11,060 bases of DNA from Pseudobacteriovorax sp. (GCA_050293845.1 JBNKNM010000191.1:1-11060), one strand, 5' to 3'. Positions 1 through 8,457 are shown, counted from the first letter of the stretch. The notes: generated by a model not told the origin, from the letters alone. Program-made: numbers and translations.

Positions 1-77
1 GCGGGAGTAGCTCAGTTGGCTAGAGCGACGCGTTGCCATCGCGTAGGTCGAGGGTTCGAGTCCCTTTTCCCGCTCCA
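1..77 (+). tRNA. tRNA-Gly (anticodon GCC)
   Basis: Cloverleaf: acceptor GCGGGAG(1-7)/TTCCCGC(67-73); D-arm GCTC/GAGC; anticodon stem ACGCG(28-32)/CGCGT(40-44) with loop TTGCCAT, GCC at 35-37; T-arm GAGGG-TTCGAGT-CCCTT; discriminator T74 (typical of bacterial Gly); encoded CCA 75-77. Confidence 0.98.
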
Positions 78-221
78 AACTTCTTTAATCCTTAGATTAA
101 GTTATCTTTAATGTTCCTCTTCCGCCAGCTCATTTATTGCCCAGCCCCAGAAAAATCAATATGGTTGTTGGTAAATAGAGTATATATCACAAATTAATTA
201 ACAGAAACTCTAGAGCACTCT

Positions 222-1757
222 TTGCAGTATATTGACATGGGCGATTTTTTAAGAAAGCGATCACTCTCCTATAGGCTATCACTAGGTATCCTAATTGGAA
301 GCTCTATTATCACATTTTGTTTTAGCGTTGTAACCCTCTATTGGGATTATCGAACCGAGCTTCGCCAGATCGAGCAAACCCTGGATCAAGTACAATCTTT
401 ATACCTAGAGAGTATCAGTCAAAATCTTTGGAACATGAATGACGAAAGCATCAAGTTAAACCTGCAGAGTATTACCAGTTTAGGCGATATAAACTATGCT
501 CATATTTTGATTCAAGATAAAATAGTCTATTCTTCAGGGGATAAACTACCTCCTTCCAACCAGCAAAAAAAAATCTTCTCCATCAATTATCATCGTGATG
601 GTCGTAATTACCATTTAGGCGATCTTGTCGTTTCCGCAGATCTTGGCGGTGCTTACACACGATTACAAGAAGAAGTTCTGTACGAATTTGCCACTTCTTT
701 CTGTAAAACCCTTATTCTCTTACTTTTTATCCTAGCTTTTTTCCATAAGCTCGTAACCAGACACTTGATTCATATCGCTCACTATCTGTCTGAGTTTTCG
801 CCATCTACTAAAGATTTAGCGCTCTTCCGTAGGCCAGGAATCAGCGATGAGCTTACCATGGTGGTTAATGCAATCTCAAGAATGAAGCATGAGATAAATG
901 ACCAGCTGAGTAAACGACTGGAAGCTGAAGAGCAGCTAAAAGCTCTCAATATCAGCTTAGAGGCTGAAGTAAAAAAAAGAATCAAAGAAAATGAGCTTCA
1001 GCAAATGGCCATAGAAAGCACTGCTCGCCTCTCATCCTTGGGTGAAATGGCTGGTGGTGTCGCCCACGAAATCAATAACCCCCTAACAATTATTTATGGA
1101 TATGTAACCATGCTCCGTAAAGCGGTGGACAACAACAGTTTGAGCCCTGCAAAAATTGACCTGATCGTAGAAAAGATTGAAGTGACAGTCGATCGTATCA
1201 CGCAAACCATCGAAGGCTTACTCCGTCTGGCGCAAAACCAATGCGAAAGCCCTCCCCAAGTCCACTCCCTGAGCCTCATTATTAGAGACATATTGGCCAT
1301 CAGTCGGGAAAAGTTTACCCGCAGTGGTATAGAGATAAAACTAGATATCCCTGACTATGAAATAAAGGCTCCCTGTCAGCCGGCGGAAATTGGACAAATT
1401 CTGATTAACCTCCTTAATAACGCCTACTATGAAATTAAAGATAGGGGATCTCCTTGGGTAAAAATCACCCTAAAGGATACCCCCGATAACATGGCTGAAA
1501 TTGCTATTATAGATTCGGGTCCAGGGATAGAGACCAAAATACGAAGTAAAATTCTAAAGCCGTTCTTTACAACAAAGCCTCCGGGTAAAGGAGCGGGGCT
1601 TGGGCTTAGTATTTCCCAAGCTATCGCCCAAGGTCACCACGGGCAGCTTTATTTAGATGAATCTAGCAAACATACACGCTTTGTGCTCGCACTGCCTGCA
1701 GATATCTCAGCCATTCATTCCCCCCACAGTTTGTCCAATCAATTAAGCTTTCATTAG
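222..1757 (+). CDS. Membrane-bound sensor histidine kinase (2 TM, periplasmic sensor, HAMP-like/coiled-coil linker, HisKA, HATPase_c; NtrB/AtoS-like class)
   Basis: Two hydrophobic segments (LSLGILIGSSIITFCFSVVTLY; TLILLLFILAFF) flank a ~110-aa periplasmic region; DEL..VVNAISRM HAMP-like; H-box GEMAGGVAHEINNPL (His codon at 1065); N-box QILINLLNNA; G1 DSGPGI; F-box PFFTTK; G2 GKGAGLGL. Start may be TTG 222 or ATG 237. Confidence 0.95.
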   Translation: MQYIDMGDFLRKRSLSYRLSLGILIGSSIITFCFSVVTLYWDYRTELRQIEQTLDQVQSLYLESISQNLWNMNDESIKLNLQSITSLGDINYAHILIQDKIVYSSGDKLPPSNQQKKIFSINYHRDGRNYHLGDLVVSADLGGAYTRLQEEVLYEFATSFCKTLILLLFILAFFHKLVTRHLIHIAHYLSEFSPSTKDLALFRRPGISDELTMVVNAISRMKHEINDQLSKRLEAEEQLKALNISLEAEVKKRIKENELQQMAIESTARLSSLGEMAGGVAHEINNPLTIIYGYVTMLRKAVDNNSLSPAKIDLIVEKIEVTVDRITQTIEGLLRLAQNQCESPPQVHSLSLIIRDILAISREKFTRSGIEIKLDIPDYEIKAPCQPAEIGQILINLLNNAYYEIKDRGSPWVKITLKDTPDNMAEIAIIDSGPGIETKIRSKILKPFFTTKPPGKGAGLGLSISQAIAQGHHGQLYLDESSKHTRFVLALPADISAIHSPHSLSNQLSFH

Positions 1758-1884
1758 CATGATGGAGTTCATTCTCCCTATTCTATCTACTGAATTTCCA
1801 TCTCTCTTGTCGCCTTGAGATTGCAATATAAGCCATTTTAGGTTACTTAGTAATGGCAACTCTGAATGGATAGGAAGACTACGC

Positions 1885-2562
1885 ATGACTGATGCAAAAT
1901 CTTATTGGGAGCGATACTACGCTGAAAATAAATTTTTAAATGGCAAAGAACCAAACGCCTTCCTTGTCAAAATGCTTCCGCGTATGCAGAAAGGTAAGGT
2001 TCTGGATGTAGCCATGGGTGAAGGCACAAATGCTGTATACCTCGCCCAAAAGGAGTACAAGGTTAAAGGCTTTGATATTTCTAAAACTGCCATTGAGAGA
2101 TCTAAATCCCTCGCTCGGGAAACCGGAGTAGATATCGATGCAAATTTTGCCGACTTGGACTTGTTCTTGATGGGATTGCTGGAGTATGACTCCATTATTA
2201 TGACTTACTTTAAACCCACTGTTACCCGTTACTATAATTCGATCATCAGCGCACTCAAGCAGGGGGGAACTTTGCTGGTTCACTCCTATAGCAATGCAGA
2301 AATGACAGAGGCCATTGGGAAAGGCGAAGGCTACCGCGACTACTTTTTTTCCGCTAATGAACTGCTTCGGAACTTACAAGGTTTGCGCATTTTGTTTTAT
2401 CAGGAAGGCCTTATTGATGGGCATCATGTGGTACAGTGCTTAGCACAAAAACCGGTCGATAAAGACGCTGCAAAGTTAGGAATTTTCGACATGCATACAG
2501 CTGGTCATCGCGGAGAAAAATCAAAGCAATTGGAACTCGCCGAAAAGCTCTTTAAAAAGTAA
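1885..2562 (+). CDS. Class I SAM-dependent methyltransferase (TehB/Methyltransf_25-like)
   Basis: N-terminal YWERYY...GKEPN, motif I KVLDVAMGEGTNAVYLA, motif II VKGFDIS, YDSII, ALKQGGTLL; AGGA RBS at 1872-1875. Confidence 0.9.
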   Translation: MTDAKSYWERYYAENKFLNGKEPNAFLVKMLPRMQKGKVLDVAMGEGTNAVYLAQKEYKVKGFDISKTAIERSKSLARETGVDIDANFADLDLFLMGLLEYDSIIMTYFKPTVTRYYNSIISALKQGGTLLVHSYSNAEMTEAIGKGEGYRDYFFSANELLRNLQGLRILFYQEGLIDGHHVVQCLAQKPVDKDAAKLGIFDMHTAGHRGEKSKQLELAEKLFKK

Positions 2563-2575
2563 GTTAACAATCAGT

Positions 2576-2601
2576 GAGAGGCTCTATCCAACCTCTTTTT
2601 T
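2576..2601 (+). terminator. Weak candidate intrinsic terminator after the small methyltransferase
   Basis: GAGAGG(2576-2581)-10 nt loop-CCTCTT(2592-2597) running into a T tract to 2601; short stem, large loop. Confidence 0.35.
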
Positions 2602-2695
2602 AGGTGTGGCGGGAATTTTAAAAAAAATTGCAGAAAAACCTATTTTATAACATAGGGTTGGTAGCCTTTGTTTATCGCCCATTAGGAAAAATTAT

Positions 2696-5600
2696 ATGAG
2701 CAAGGATCTAAAACTTGGTAATCACTTTCTTTCCCAATGCAATACCAGTGCCTCAACGTATCAAGCATTTAAGCAGCTTCTTACACAACTCCAACAAGAA
2801 TCAAGCCGGCTGGAAGCCCATCAGACGTTAAAAGAGCTCCTGCTCATTCATGACTCTACCCTAGACCCCATAGGATTTAGTAAGCGCCACTTTTTTAGCT
2901 TCTATAATATCTCTTTGGCTCAAAATCAAAAACTAAAACTGCTCCAGTTCCCCAGTACTTTTACTCCTGAAGAATGGTCTTTCACATTTTATGAAGGTCT
3001 ATCTCGCTTTCCTATTAACGAATTCACCAACAAGGTCATAACTGAGCTAGGTTGCGGCAACGGATGGGTTTCCATCGCCCTAGCTCAACGTAGCCCCTTG
3101 AGTAAAATATACGGCTTAGATATCAACCCACGAGCTATAACTTGCGCCCAAATCAATGTTTTTCTTAACGGTATGGATGATAGCAGTTCTCCCATTAGAG
3201 ATGGTAGTGGACGCCCGCTATGGGATAAGGTTGAGTTTTATCATAGCGATTTGCTAGAAGCACTTAGGGAACGGAGCATTGGCCTAGACCTAGTTATCGG
3301 CTGTATCCCCCAAGTCCTAGCACCTGACCCTGACGCTCTTCTTGAAATTGTAACCGAATCTGCTTCCGATCAAGAACTGTACGATCTCTCTAATTATACA
3401 GAAGCACACGGATATATAGAAGATCAGTTTGGCCTCGGCCTGATAGCCAAAGCCACTGAAGAAGCTGTCCAGGTTCTTCATCCCAACGGCCGTATGATCT
3501 TTAACTTAGGGGGCCGGCCCGGAACAAAAGTCCTTGAGGGACTCTTTAAGAGGCGTGGTTTTACCGTAAAAAAAATCTGGAGTACACGGGTGGTACAAGC
3601 TGGTGATACTGAAATCGATGCGCTTGTCAAAATTGAAAAGAGCAGCCAGCATCGCTTCGAATTCTATATGGGTCCCAATGCCCAGGAATCTATTTCCGCT
3701 AAAACGGCGCAAGCTTTGCTTGCTGCGGGAGGAGAAATTTCTCACTCATTAAGTGTCTATGAAGCTTCACTCCCGGCCCATGAGCAAGTCGCTAATATAC
3801 TTCGCTTTTTAGCGAAACCGGAACACAAGAGCTTACATGAAGGCCTTGATTTGTCCTCAGAAGATCCTGAAGTCTATCAAGAGAGAGTAAATTTTTTGAG
3901 CCATCTGGCTTCATTTCTTGAAGACCGCAGCGAATTACCTTATGGAGAGACGCAGGGGCACTCAAGCCTGCGTCGGAGCATATCGCTATTCCTGCGAAGT
4001 TACTTCCGTTGCCCTGTCCAAAGTGAAAATATTTTTATCGCTCCTTCTCGGGCTGATGTGATTTCCAATATGATAAAGGTTTATGGGCCACAGGTTATTC
4101 TTTTTGATCAAAAATTACTATATGCGATCCAGGGCGATAGCGGAGTCGGATCATTACAAAATCTGTTTCCACAGATTCTAGAATCTCCCCAGCGTGTTGA
4201 TCTTCTCAAAGAACTCATACATCGCATCCGTCCTGACCTCGTTGTGACCTCCTTGAACAAATTCGAAAATGAATCTCCTGAGTTTTTGCGTCAACTATTC
4301 ATAGCGACGAAAGAATCATCTTCGCGACTGGTGCTAGATATGAGTGACTATTTTGACCTATCCAGTCAACCAACCACAAATGCAGCACTATCCCTTTTAT
4401 CGGAACAACATTTACCTTCTCATGTCACATTGATTTGCGGGCTTGTAAAAAATAAAGTATATGCCGACCTTCATTTGTGCTTTACCATCAGTGAAAATCA
4501 ACCCTTTTTCAATGACATGATTGCTGCGGCAGAATTAACATATAGTCGCGCTCCCCTGTTTACTCAATCATATTACCATAAAATATTTGATGATCTTCTC
4601 ACTTTCCATCTAGCAGATGCGCGGGGACTTGGGGTAGTAGAAAGGCAATTACAAAGTGATCAAAACCATAGTGAACTATCACCGGTTTCCCCCCATGTTG
4701 AGAAGGCATTTTTTCATCCAGCCATTGCAAGAGCAAAACTATCTCTAAATACCGCAACAATAAGATTAGATTATGGAGAAAACATACTTCCTATTCCTCG
4801 CATTCTACAAACCAGCATTTATGAGGCTTTTGTCCGTAGCGATATCTCTCTGACTGACTCGATGGTTAAGGATGAAATAATTCTTTATATGCAAAAAATT
4901 TTCAAAATCTTTCCTAAAGCTGATACTGAAGTATTTCAAGGATCTGGAGTAGCTCCGCTATTTGCCAATACCCTTGAAGGAATTTGTAAACAAGATAGTT
5001 CTCTGGTATTTCCCTCAGGAAGCTATGGAGAGTTTCACGCCACTGCATTATTTTTCGATGTTCCCATTATCAACTGCGAAACACAAGAGAGCAATTTCTT
5101 CAAATACTCCCCTAAGGCTCTACATGAATGCTTAACGGGCAAAAAAAATCCGTGGATTTTCTTGAACGCTCCCTGCGTTAATCCTACAGGAGCTTTATAT
5201 TCATCAGCTGAAATTGCTGAAATAATAGCTATAGCCAAGTCCCATGGTGCGGGTATTATTTTTGATGCCACATTTGCTGGTCTTGAATTTAATCCCAAAA
5301 ATGGGAATCTAGATCTTGATAACTTGTTCGATGACTCCTTCCCTTGGATATTCCTAATTGGGATTGCAAAACTGTTTGCTGCAGGAGGTTTACGGTTTGG
5401 AGCAGCCGTCACGAACTACCCTGACCTCAAGGAAGCTCTTTTTCGCAGCCCCTATCGCCCCCCTCACTTTACTGTTGCCTATGCCGCAAAACAGCTGTTT
5501 CAGAAATTACGATTGGAAAACCCCAACCTACAGGCATCTTTAGGTGAGCAAAGGCACACTCTTTGCAAAAGGGCTCAGCAACTTGAAGTGATGCTGAAAC

Positions 5601-5893
5601 AAAGCGGTTGGCATGTTATAGAACCCCAAGGCGGCTTATTTTTAATAGCCAAGCCAATATACTTTATCGGTAAAAATTGGCAATCTGCAAAAAGCAACGA
5701 AGCTTATACTATTGATAGTCAAAATATTGCCGAAATTTTATTCAAAGAAAAAAACTTACTCATTAACGGTAGCGATTGGACGGGGATCCCTGGATACTGC
5801 CGCTTCGTCCTCTCGGTTGAGCAGGAGGAGTTCGCAACCAGTCTTACACTGCTTCAAGAATTCTATCAGGAATTTAAAGAAAACGAGAACTAG
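2696..5893 (+). CDS. Full-length plant-type methionine S-methyltransferase (MMT): N-terminal MmtN-like SAM methyltransferase plus aminotransferase class I/II-like C-terminal region
   Basis: Collinear motifs that I recognise from plant MMT: PSTFTPEEWSFTFYEGL, ELGCGNGWVSIA (3044-), YGLDINPRA, VEFYHSDLL, GCIPQVL, EDQFGLGLIA, IFNLGGRPG, HRFEFYMG, ISHSLSVY, CGLVKNKVYADL, NPTG, PHFTVAYAAK, WTGIPGYCRF. Length 1065 aa is similar to plant MMT (~1070-1090 aa). AGGA RBS at 2684-2687. Confidence 0.93.
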   Translation: MSKDLKLGNHFLSQCNTSASTYQAFKQLLTQLQQESSRLEAHQTLKELLLIHDSTLDPIGFSKRHFFSFYNISLAQNQKLKLLQFPSTFTPEEWSFTFYEGLSRFPINEFTNKVITELGCGNGWVSIALAQRSPLSKIYGLDINPRAITCAQINVFLNGMDDSSSPIRDGSGRPLWDKVEFYHSDLLEALRERSIGLDLVIGCIPQVLAPDPDALLEIVTESASDQELYDLSNYTEAHGYIEDQFGLGLIAKATEEAVQVLHPNGRMIFNLGGRPGTKVLEGLFKRRGFTVKKIWSTRVVQAGDTEIDALVKIEKSSQHRFEFYMGPNAQESISAKTAQALLAAGGEISHSLSVYEASLPAHEQVANILRFLAKPEHKSLHEGLDLSSEDPEVYQERVNFLSHLASFLEDRSELPYGETQGHSSLRRSISLFLRSYFRCPVQSENIFIAPSRADVISNMIKVYGPQVILFDQKLLYAIQGDSGVGSLQNLFPQILESPQRVDLLKELIHRIRPDLVVTSLNKFENESPEFLRQLFIATKESSSRLVLDMSDYFDLSSQPTTNAALSLLSEQHLPSHVTLICGLVKNKVYADLHLCFTISENQPFFNDMIAAAELTYSRAPLFTQSYYHKIFDDLLTFHLADARGLGVVERQLQSDQNHSELSPVSPHVEKAFFHPAIARAKLSLNTATIRLDYGENILPIPRILQTSIYEAFVRSDISLTDSMVKDEIILYMQKIFKIFPKADTEVFQGSGVAPLFANTLEGICKQDSSLVFPSGSYGEFHATALFFDVPIINCETQESNFFKYSPKALHECLTGKKNPWIFLNAPCVNPTGALYSSAEIAEIIAIAKSHGAGIIFDATFAGLEFNPKNGNLDLDNLFDDSFPWIFLIGIAKLFAAGGLRFGAAVTNYPDLKEALFRSPYRPPHFTVAYAAKQLFQKLRLENPNLQASLGEQRHTLCKRAQQLEVMLKQSGWHVIEPQGGLFLIAKPIYFIGKNWQSAKSNEAYTIDSQNIAEILFKEKNLLINGSDWTGIPGYCRFVLSVEQEEFATSLTLLQEFYQEFKENEN

Positions 5894-5904
5894 CAATTCA
5901 TCGA

Positions 5905-5940
5905 AGAGGGGATACCATTGGTATCCCCTCTATCTTTTTT
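5905..5940. terminator. Intrinsic terminator between convergent MMT and htpG (possibly bidirectional)
   Basis: Perfect 12-bp stem AGAGGGGATACC(5905-5916)-ATT-GGTATCCCCTCT(5920-5931), T-run 5935-5940 on +; lies in the 45-bp gap between the two stop codons. Confidence 0.85.
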
Positions 5941-7861
5941 AAGAGTTTGTATGAGCCATAAGATTTGAAATTTGTTTAGAAAACTTTAATGGATCTTCAA
6001 TGGGAGATCCTTCTGTGAGCAAAGCCTGGTTGTAGAGAATTTCTGCCCATTCTTTCTGTGCATCCTCAGTAAGGCTTTGCATCTTTGTGAATACTGGATG
6101 ATCCGGATTGATTTCCATAATTCGTTTAGATTTAGGAACAGACTGTCCCATAGCTTCCATCATTCTTTCCATCCGCGCAGAAGGATCGTAAGCCCCTGAG
6201 ACTAAGCAGCAAGGGGAGTCAACTAACCGCGGTGAAATTTTAACTTCTTTTACGTTTGCTGCCACAGCACCTTTGATCGTTTCTAAGAGGGATTTATATT
6301 CTTTTTCTTTAGACTTAATATCCTCTTCGTTTTGCTTTTTTTCTTCCTCAGAATCCAGCTCCAAGCCTTCCTTAGTAATACTACGCAAGTGCTTTTCCTG
6401 GTATTGCGTCATAGACTGCATGACCCACTCATCAACAGGATCGATACAATATAAGACTTCATAGCCCTTTTGCTTTAATTTTTCTAAGTATGGGCTACAC
6501 TCCACTTGTTTAATGGATTCACCGGTAATGTAATAAATCTCTTTCTGAGCTTCCTTCATTCTTTCAACATATTCTCTTAACGTTGTTAAGGAATCTGTTT
6601 CATTGGAGTGAAAGAGTGCCAGTTCCTGAAGCTTATCTTTATTGCTAAAGTCATTAGCAATACCTTCTTTCAAGGTGGAGCCAAAGTTCTTCCAAATTCC
6701 CTCGTACTTTTCTCGATCCTTGCTCAGCATTGTTTTAAAGGTTTTTAGAAGCTTAGTTGACAAGGCTTTTTTAATACCTTGAATTTGTTTATCTTTCTGT
6801 AAAATTTCTCGAGAAACATTTAAAGAGAGATCGTTGGCTTCTATCACACCTTTAATGAATCTGAAATGCGGAGGAAGTAGTTCCTCACAGTGATCCATTA
6901 TGAATACCCTATTTACATAGAGAGATAGTCCCCACTTGGTGTCTCGATAATTGTAGTCCATAGGAACTTGGCCAGGAATAAACATCAAGGCCGTAAACTC
7001 TTGAGATCCCTCGGCTTTATAGAATATACGATCAACAGGTGGTACCCAATCATGGGTGACATGTTTATAAAATTCTGTATATTCGTCTTCAGTAACTTCT
7101 GATGGATCTCGCAACCATATGGCTTTACGGCTATTTAGAGTTTCGTCTTCGATAGTAGTTTTGGTTTTACCTTCTATAGGCTTACCATCCTTATCGAGTT
7201 CTGGTTCTTCCTTCGTTACTTCCATTTTTATAGGGAAGTCAATGAAGTCAGAATATTTTTTAACGGTGCTTTTAAGGGTCCATTCATCGGTAAAGTCCTG
7301 AGCTTCGTCATCATCTGGAAATGATTTCAAAAACAAAGTAATTTTCGTTCCCTGACCATCAGTACTTCCGGAAGCTCCTTCGATTGTATAAGAGCCATCC
7401 CCTGCGGATTCCCAGATAACCTTTTCCTGAGAGCCAGCTTTTTGGGTTTCAAGCCTCACTTTATCAGCAACCATAAAAGAAGAATAAAAACCCACACCGA
7501 ACTGTCCAATCAGATCAGGTGAATCCTTAAGTTCTTGAGATTTTTTTAGGAATTCCTTTGTACCAGAACGTGCAATGGTACCGATATTAGTTAAAACTTC
7601 TTCTTCGCTCATCCCTATTCCATTATCTATAATGGTAAGAGTTTTATTATTTTTATCAGGAACCAAGCGAATAAATTTGTCTTCGCCAGAAGTGCTGAGG
7701 TCAGCATTTGCAGCTTCTTCATATCTTAATTTATCTAATGCATCCGAGGCATTAGATATCAATTCCCTGAGAAAGATTTCTCGATGGGAATACAAAGAAT
7801 GTACCATAAGGTCCAGTATTTCTTTGACTTCAGCTTGGAATTGTTTGGTTTCTTTGGACAT
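5939..7861 (-). CDS. htpG: Molecular chaperone HtpG (bacterial Hsp90)
   Basis: FQAEVKEILDLMVHSLYSHREIFLRELISNASDALDKLR, DNGIGM, IGTIARSGT, IGQFGVGFYSSF, LNVSREILQ, EINPDHP. Start placed at ATG 7861 (MSKETKQF, 640 aa) because a GAGGG RBS precedes it; the ORF-track TTG at 7873 overlaps that RBS. Confidence 0.98.
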   Translation of the reverse strand: MSKETKQFQAEVKEILDLMVHSLYSHREIFLRELISNASDALDKLRYEEAANADLSTSGEDKFIRLVPDKNNKTLTIIDNGIGMSEEEVLTNIGTIARSGTKEFLKKSQELKDSPDLIGQFGVGFYSSFMVADKVRLETQKAGSQEKVIWESAGDGSYTIEGASGSTDGQGTKITLFLKSFPDDDEAQDFTDEWTLKSTVKKYSDFIDFPIKMEVTKEEPELDKDGKPIEGKTKTTIEDETLNSRKAIWLRDPSEVTEDEYTEFYKHVTHDWVPPVDRIFYKAEGSQEFTALMFIPGQVPMDYNYRDTKWGLSLYVNRVFIMDHCEELLPPHFRFIKGVIEANDLSLNVSREILQKDKQIQGIKKALSTKLLKTFKTMLSKDREKYEGIWKNFGSTLKEGIANDFSNKDKLQELALFHSNETDSLTTLREYVERMKEAQKEIYYITGESIKQVECSPYLEKLKQKGYEVLYCIDPVDEWVMQSMTQYQEKHLRSITKEGLELDSEEEKKQNEEDIKSKEKEYKSLLETIKGAVAANVKEVKISPRLVDSPCCLVSGAYDPSARMERMMEAMGQSVPKSKRIMEINPDHPVFTKMQSLTEDAQKEWAEILYNQALLTEGSPIEDPLKFSKQISNLMAHTNS

Positions 7862-7899
7862 TTTTACCCTCAAAAATGGAAAAGTTTCTCAGTATCTGA

Positions 7900-7928
7900 A
7901 TAATGAGTCCCCTTCTGGGATTGTCAAG
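7900..7928 (-). promoter_or_regulatory. Candidate htpG promoter (sigma32/RpoH-like or sigma70)
   Basis: Minus strand reads CTTGAC(7928-7923)-N15-CTCATTAT(7907-7900), resembling RpoH consensus CTTGAA-N13-17-CCCCATNT; it can also be read as TTGACA-N16-CATTAT. About 40 nt upstream of the htpG start. Confidence 0.55.
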
Positions 7929-8009
7929 TATCTGATCAAAAAAAGTCATAATAGATACATCTTGCATAAGTGTAAAAAATGATTGATTTTAACAGATTGC
8001 ACACAGTTG

Positions 8010-8038
8010 CGGTTTTACCGTAGGAAGCAGTAAAACCG
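8010..8038. repeat. Inverted repeat CGGTTTTAC-N11-GTAAAACCG (terminator-like hairpin or operator)
   Basis: Perfect 9-bp arms at 8010-8018 and 8030-8038, extending to 11 bp with one G-U on the minus-strand RNA; 27 nt downstream of the 85-aa ORF stop; no U-tract on the minus strand. Confidence 0.7.
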
Positions 8039-8065
8039 TAAAAAGAAAGGTCTCATGGCAAGATA

Positions 8066-8323
8066 TTATTCAGCGTGGGAACTATGTTTTTTTGACTGAC
8101 CAACTCCCATTACCATGGAAAACAAGGAATTCTCACTCTTGCGGTAAGGATTGATTTTACTTTGAAAGCGTTCTCCTGCAGTCATCTTTTCCGTATCATG
8201 GCGGGTGATGAACTCAAATAAGGGGCTGCGCGATCGGATGGGAGCAGATTGCTCAATTGATTTTTCGAAGGTTCCTGACTCATTTTCCACGACTTGCCTC
8301 CTAACCGCATCAAAAGTCAACAC
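8066..8323 (-). CDS. Small hypothetical protein (85 aa)
   Basis: ORF fills the gap between htpG and the DUF2225 gene, has protein-like composition and is followed by a hairpin; GTG start with no clear RBS; no family recognised. Confidence 0.5.
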   Translation of the reverse strand: MLTFDAVRRQVVENESGTFEKSIEQSAPIRSRSPLFEFITRHDTEKMTAGERFQSKINPYRKSENSLFSMVMGVGQSKKHSSHAE

Positions 8324-8457
8324 GAAATTACTGCATATTTTAGGCCACTTCCCTTTAATACCTCTGGTTTATTATAATCGCACCGATAGCATGAGAGAAG
8401 GATTAATAGAAAGTTAGTTTTAATCCAAGACTTTACGCCATAATAAGGGCCCTGTTC

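Noticed and set aside
1..221. tRNA-Gly as an integration site for an island or prophage
   Set aside because: No integrase, no duplicate of the tRNA 3' end noticed in the window, and housekeeping htpG lies nearby.
782..5942. Short ORFs nested in or antisense to the kinase, methyltransferase and MMT genes (782-985, 1094-1300, 1917-2195, 1936-2283, 3506-3745, 5035-5412, 5358-5543, 5712-5942)
   Set aside because: Overlap well-supported genes and show no motifs; shadow ORFs.
8056..8071. Second sigma54-like TGGCAAG
   Set aside because: The -12 position reads TATT rather than TTGC.
6273..8417. + strand ORFs 6273-6464, 7119-7301, 7575-7982 and 8205-8417
   Set aside because: Antisense shadows of htpG or the small ORF, with no recognisable motifs.
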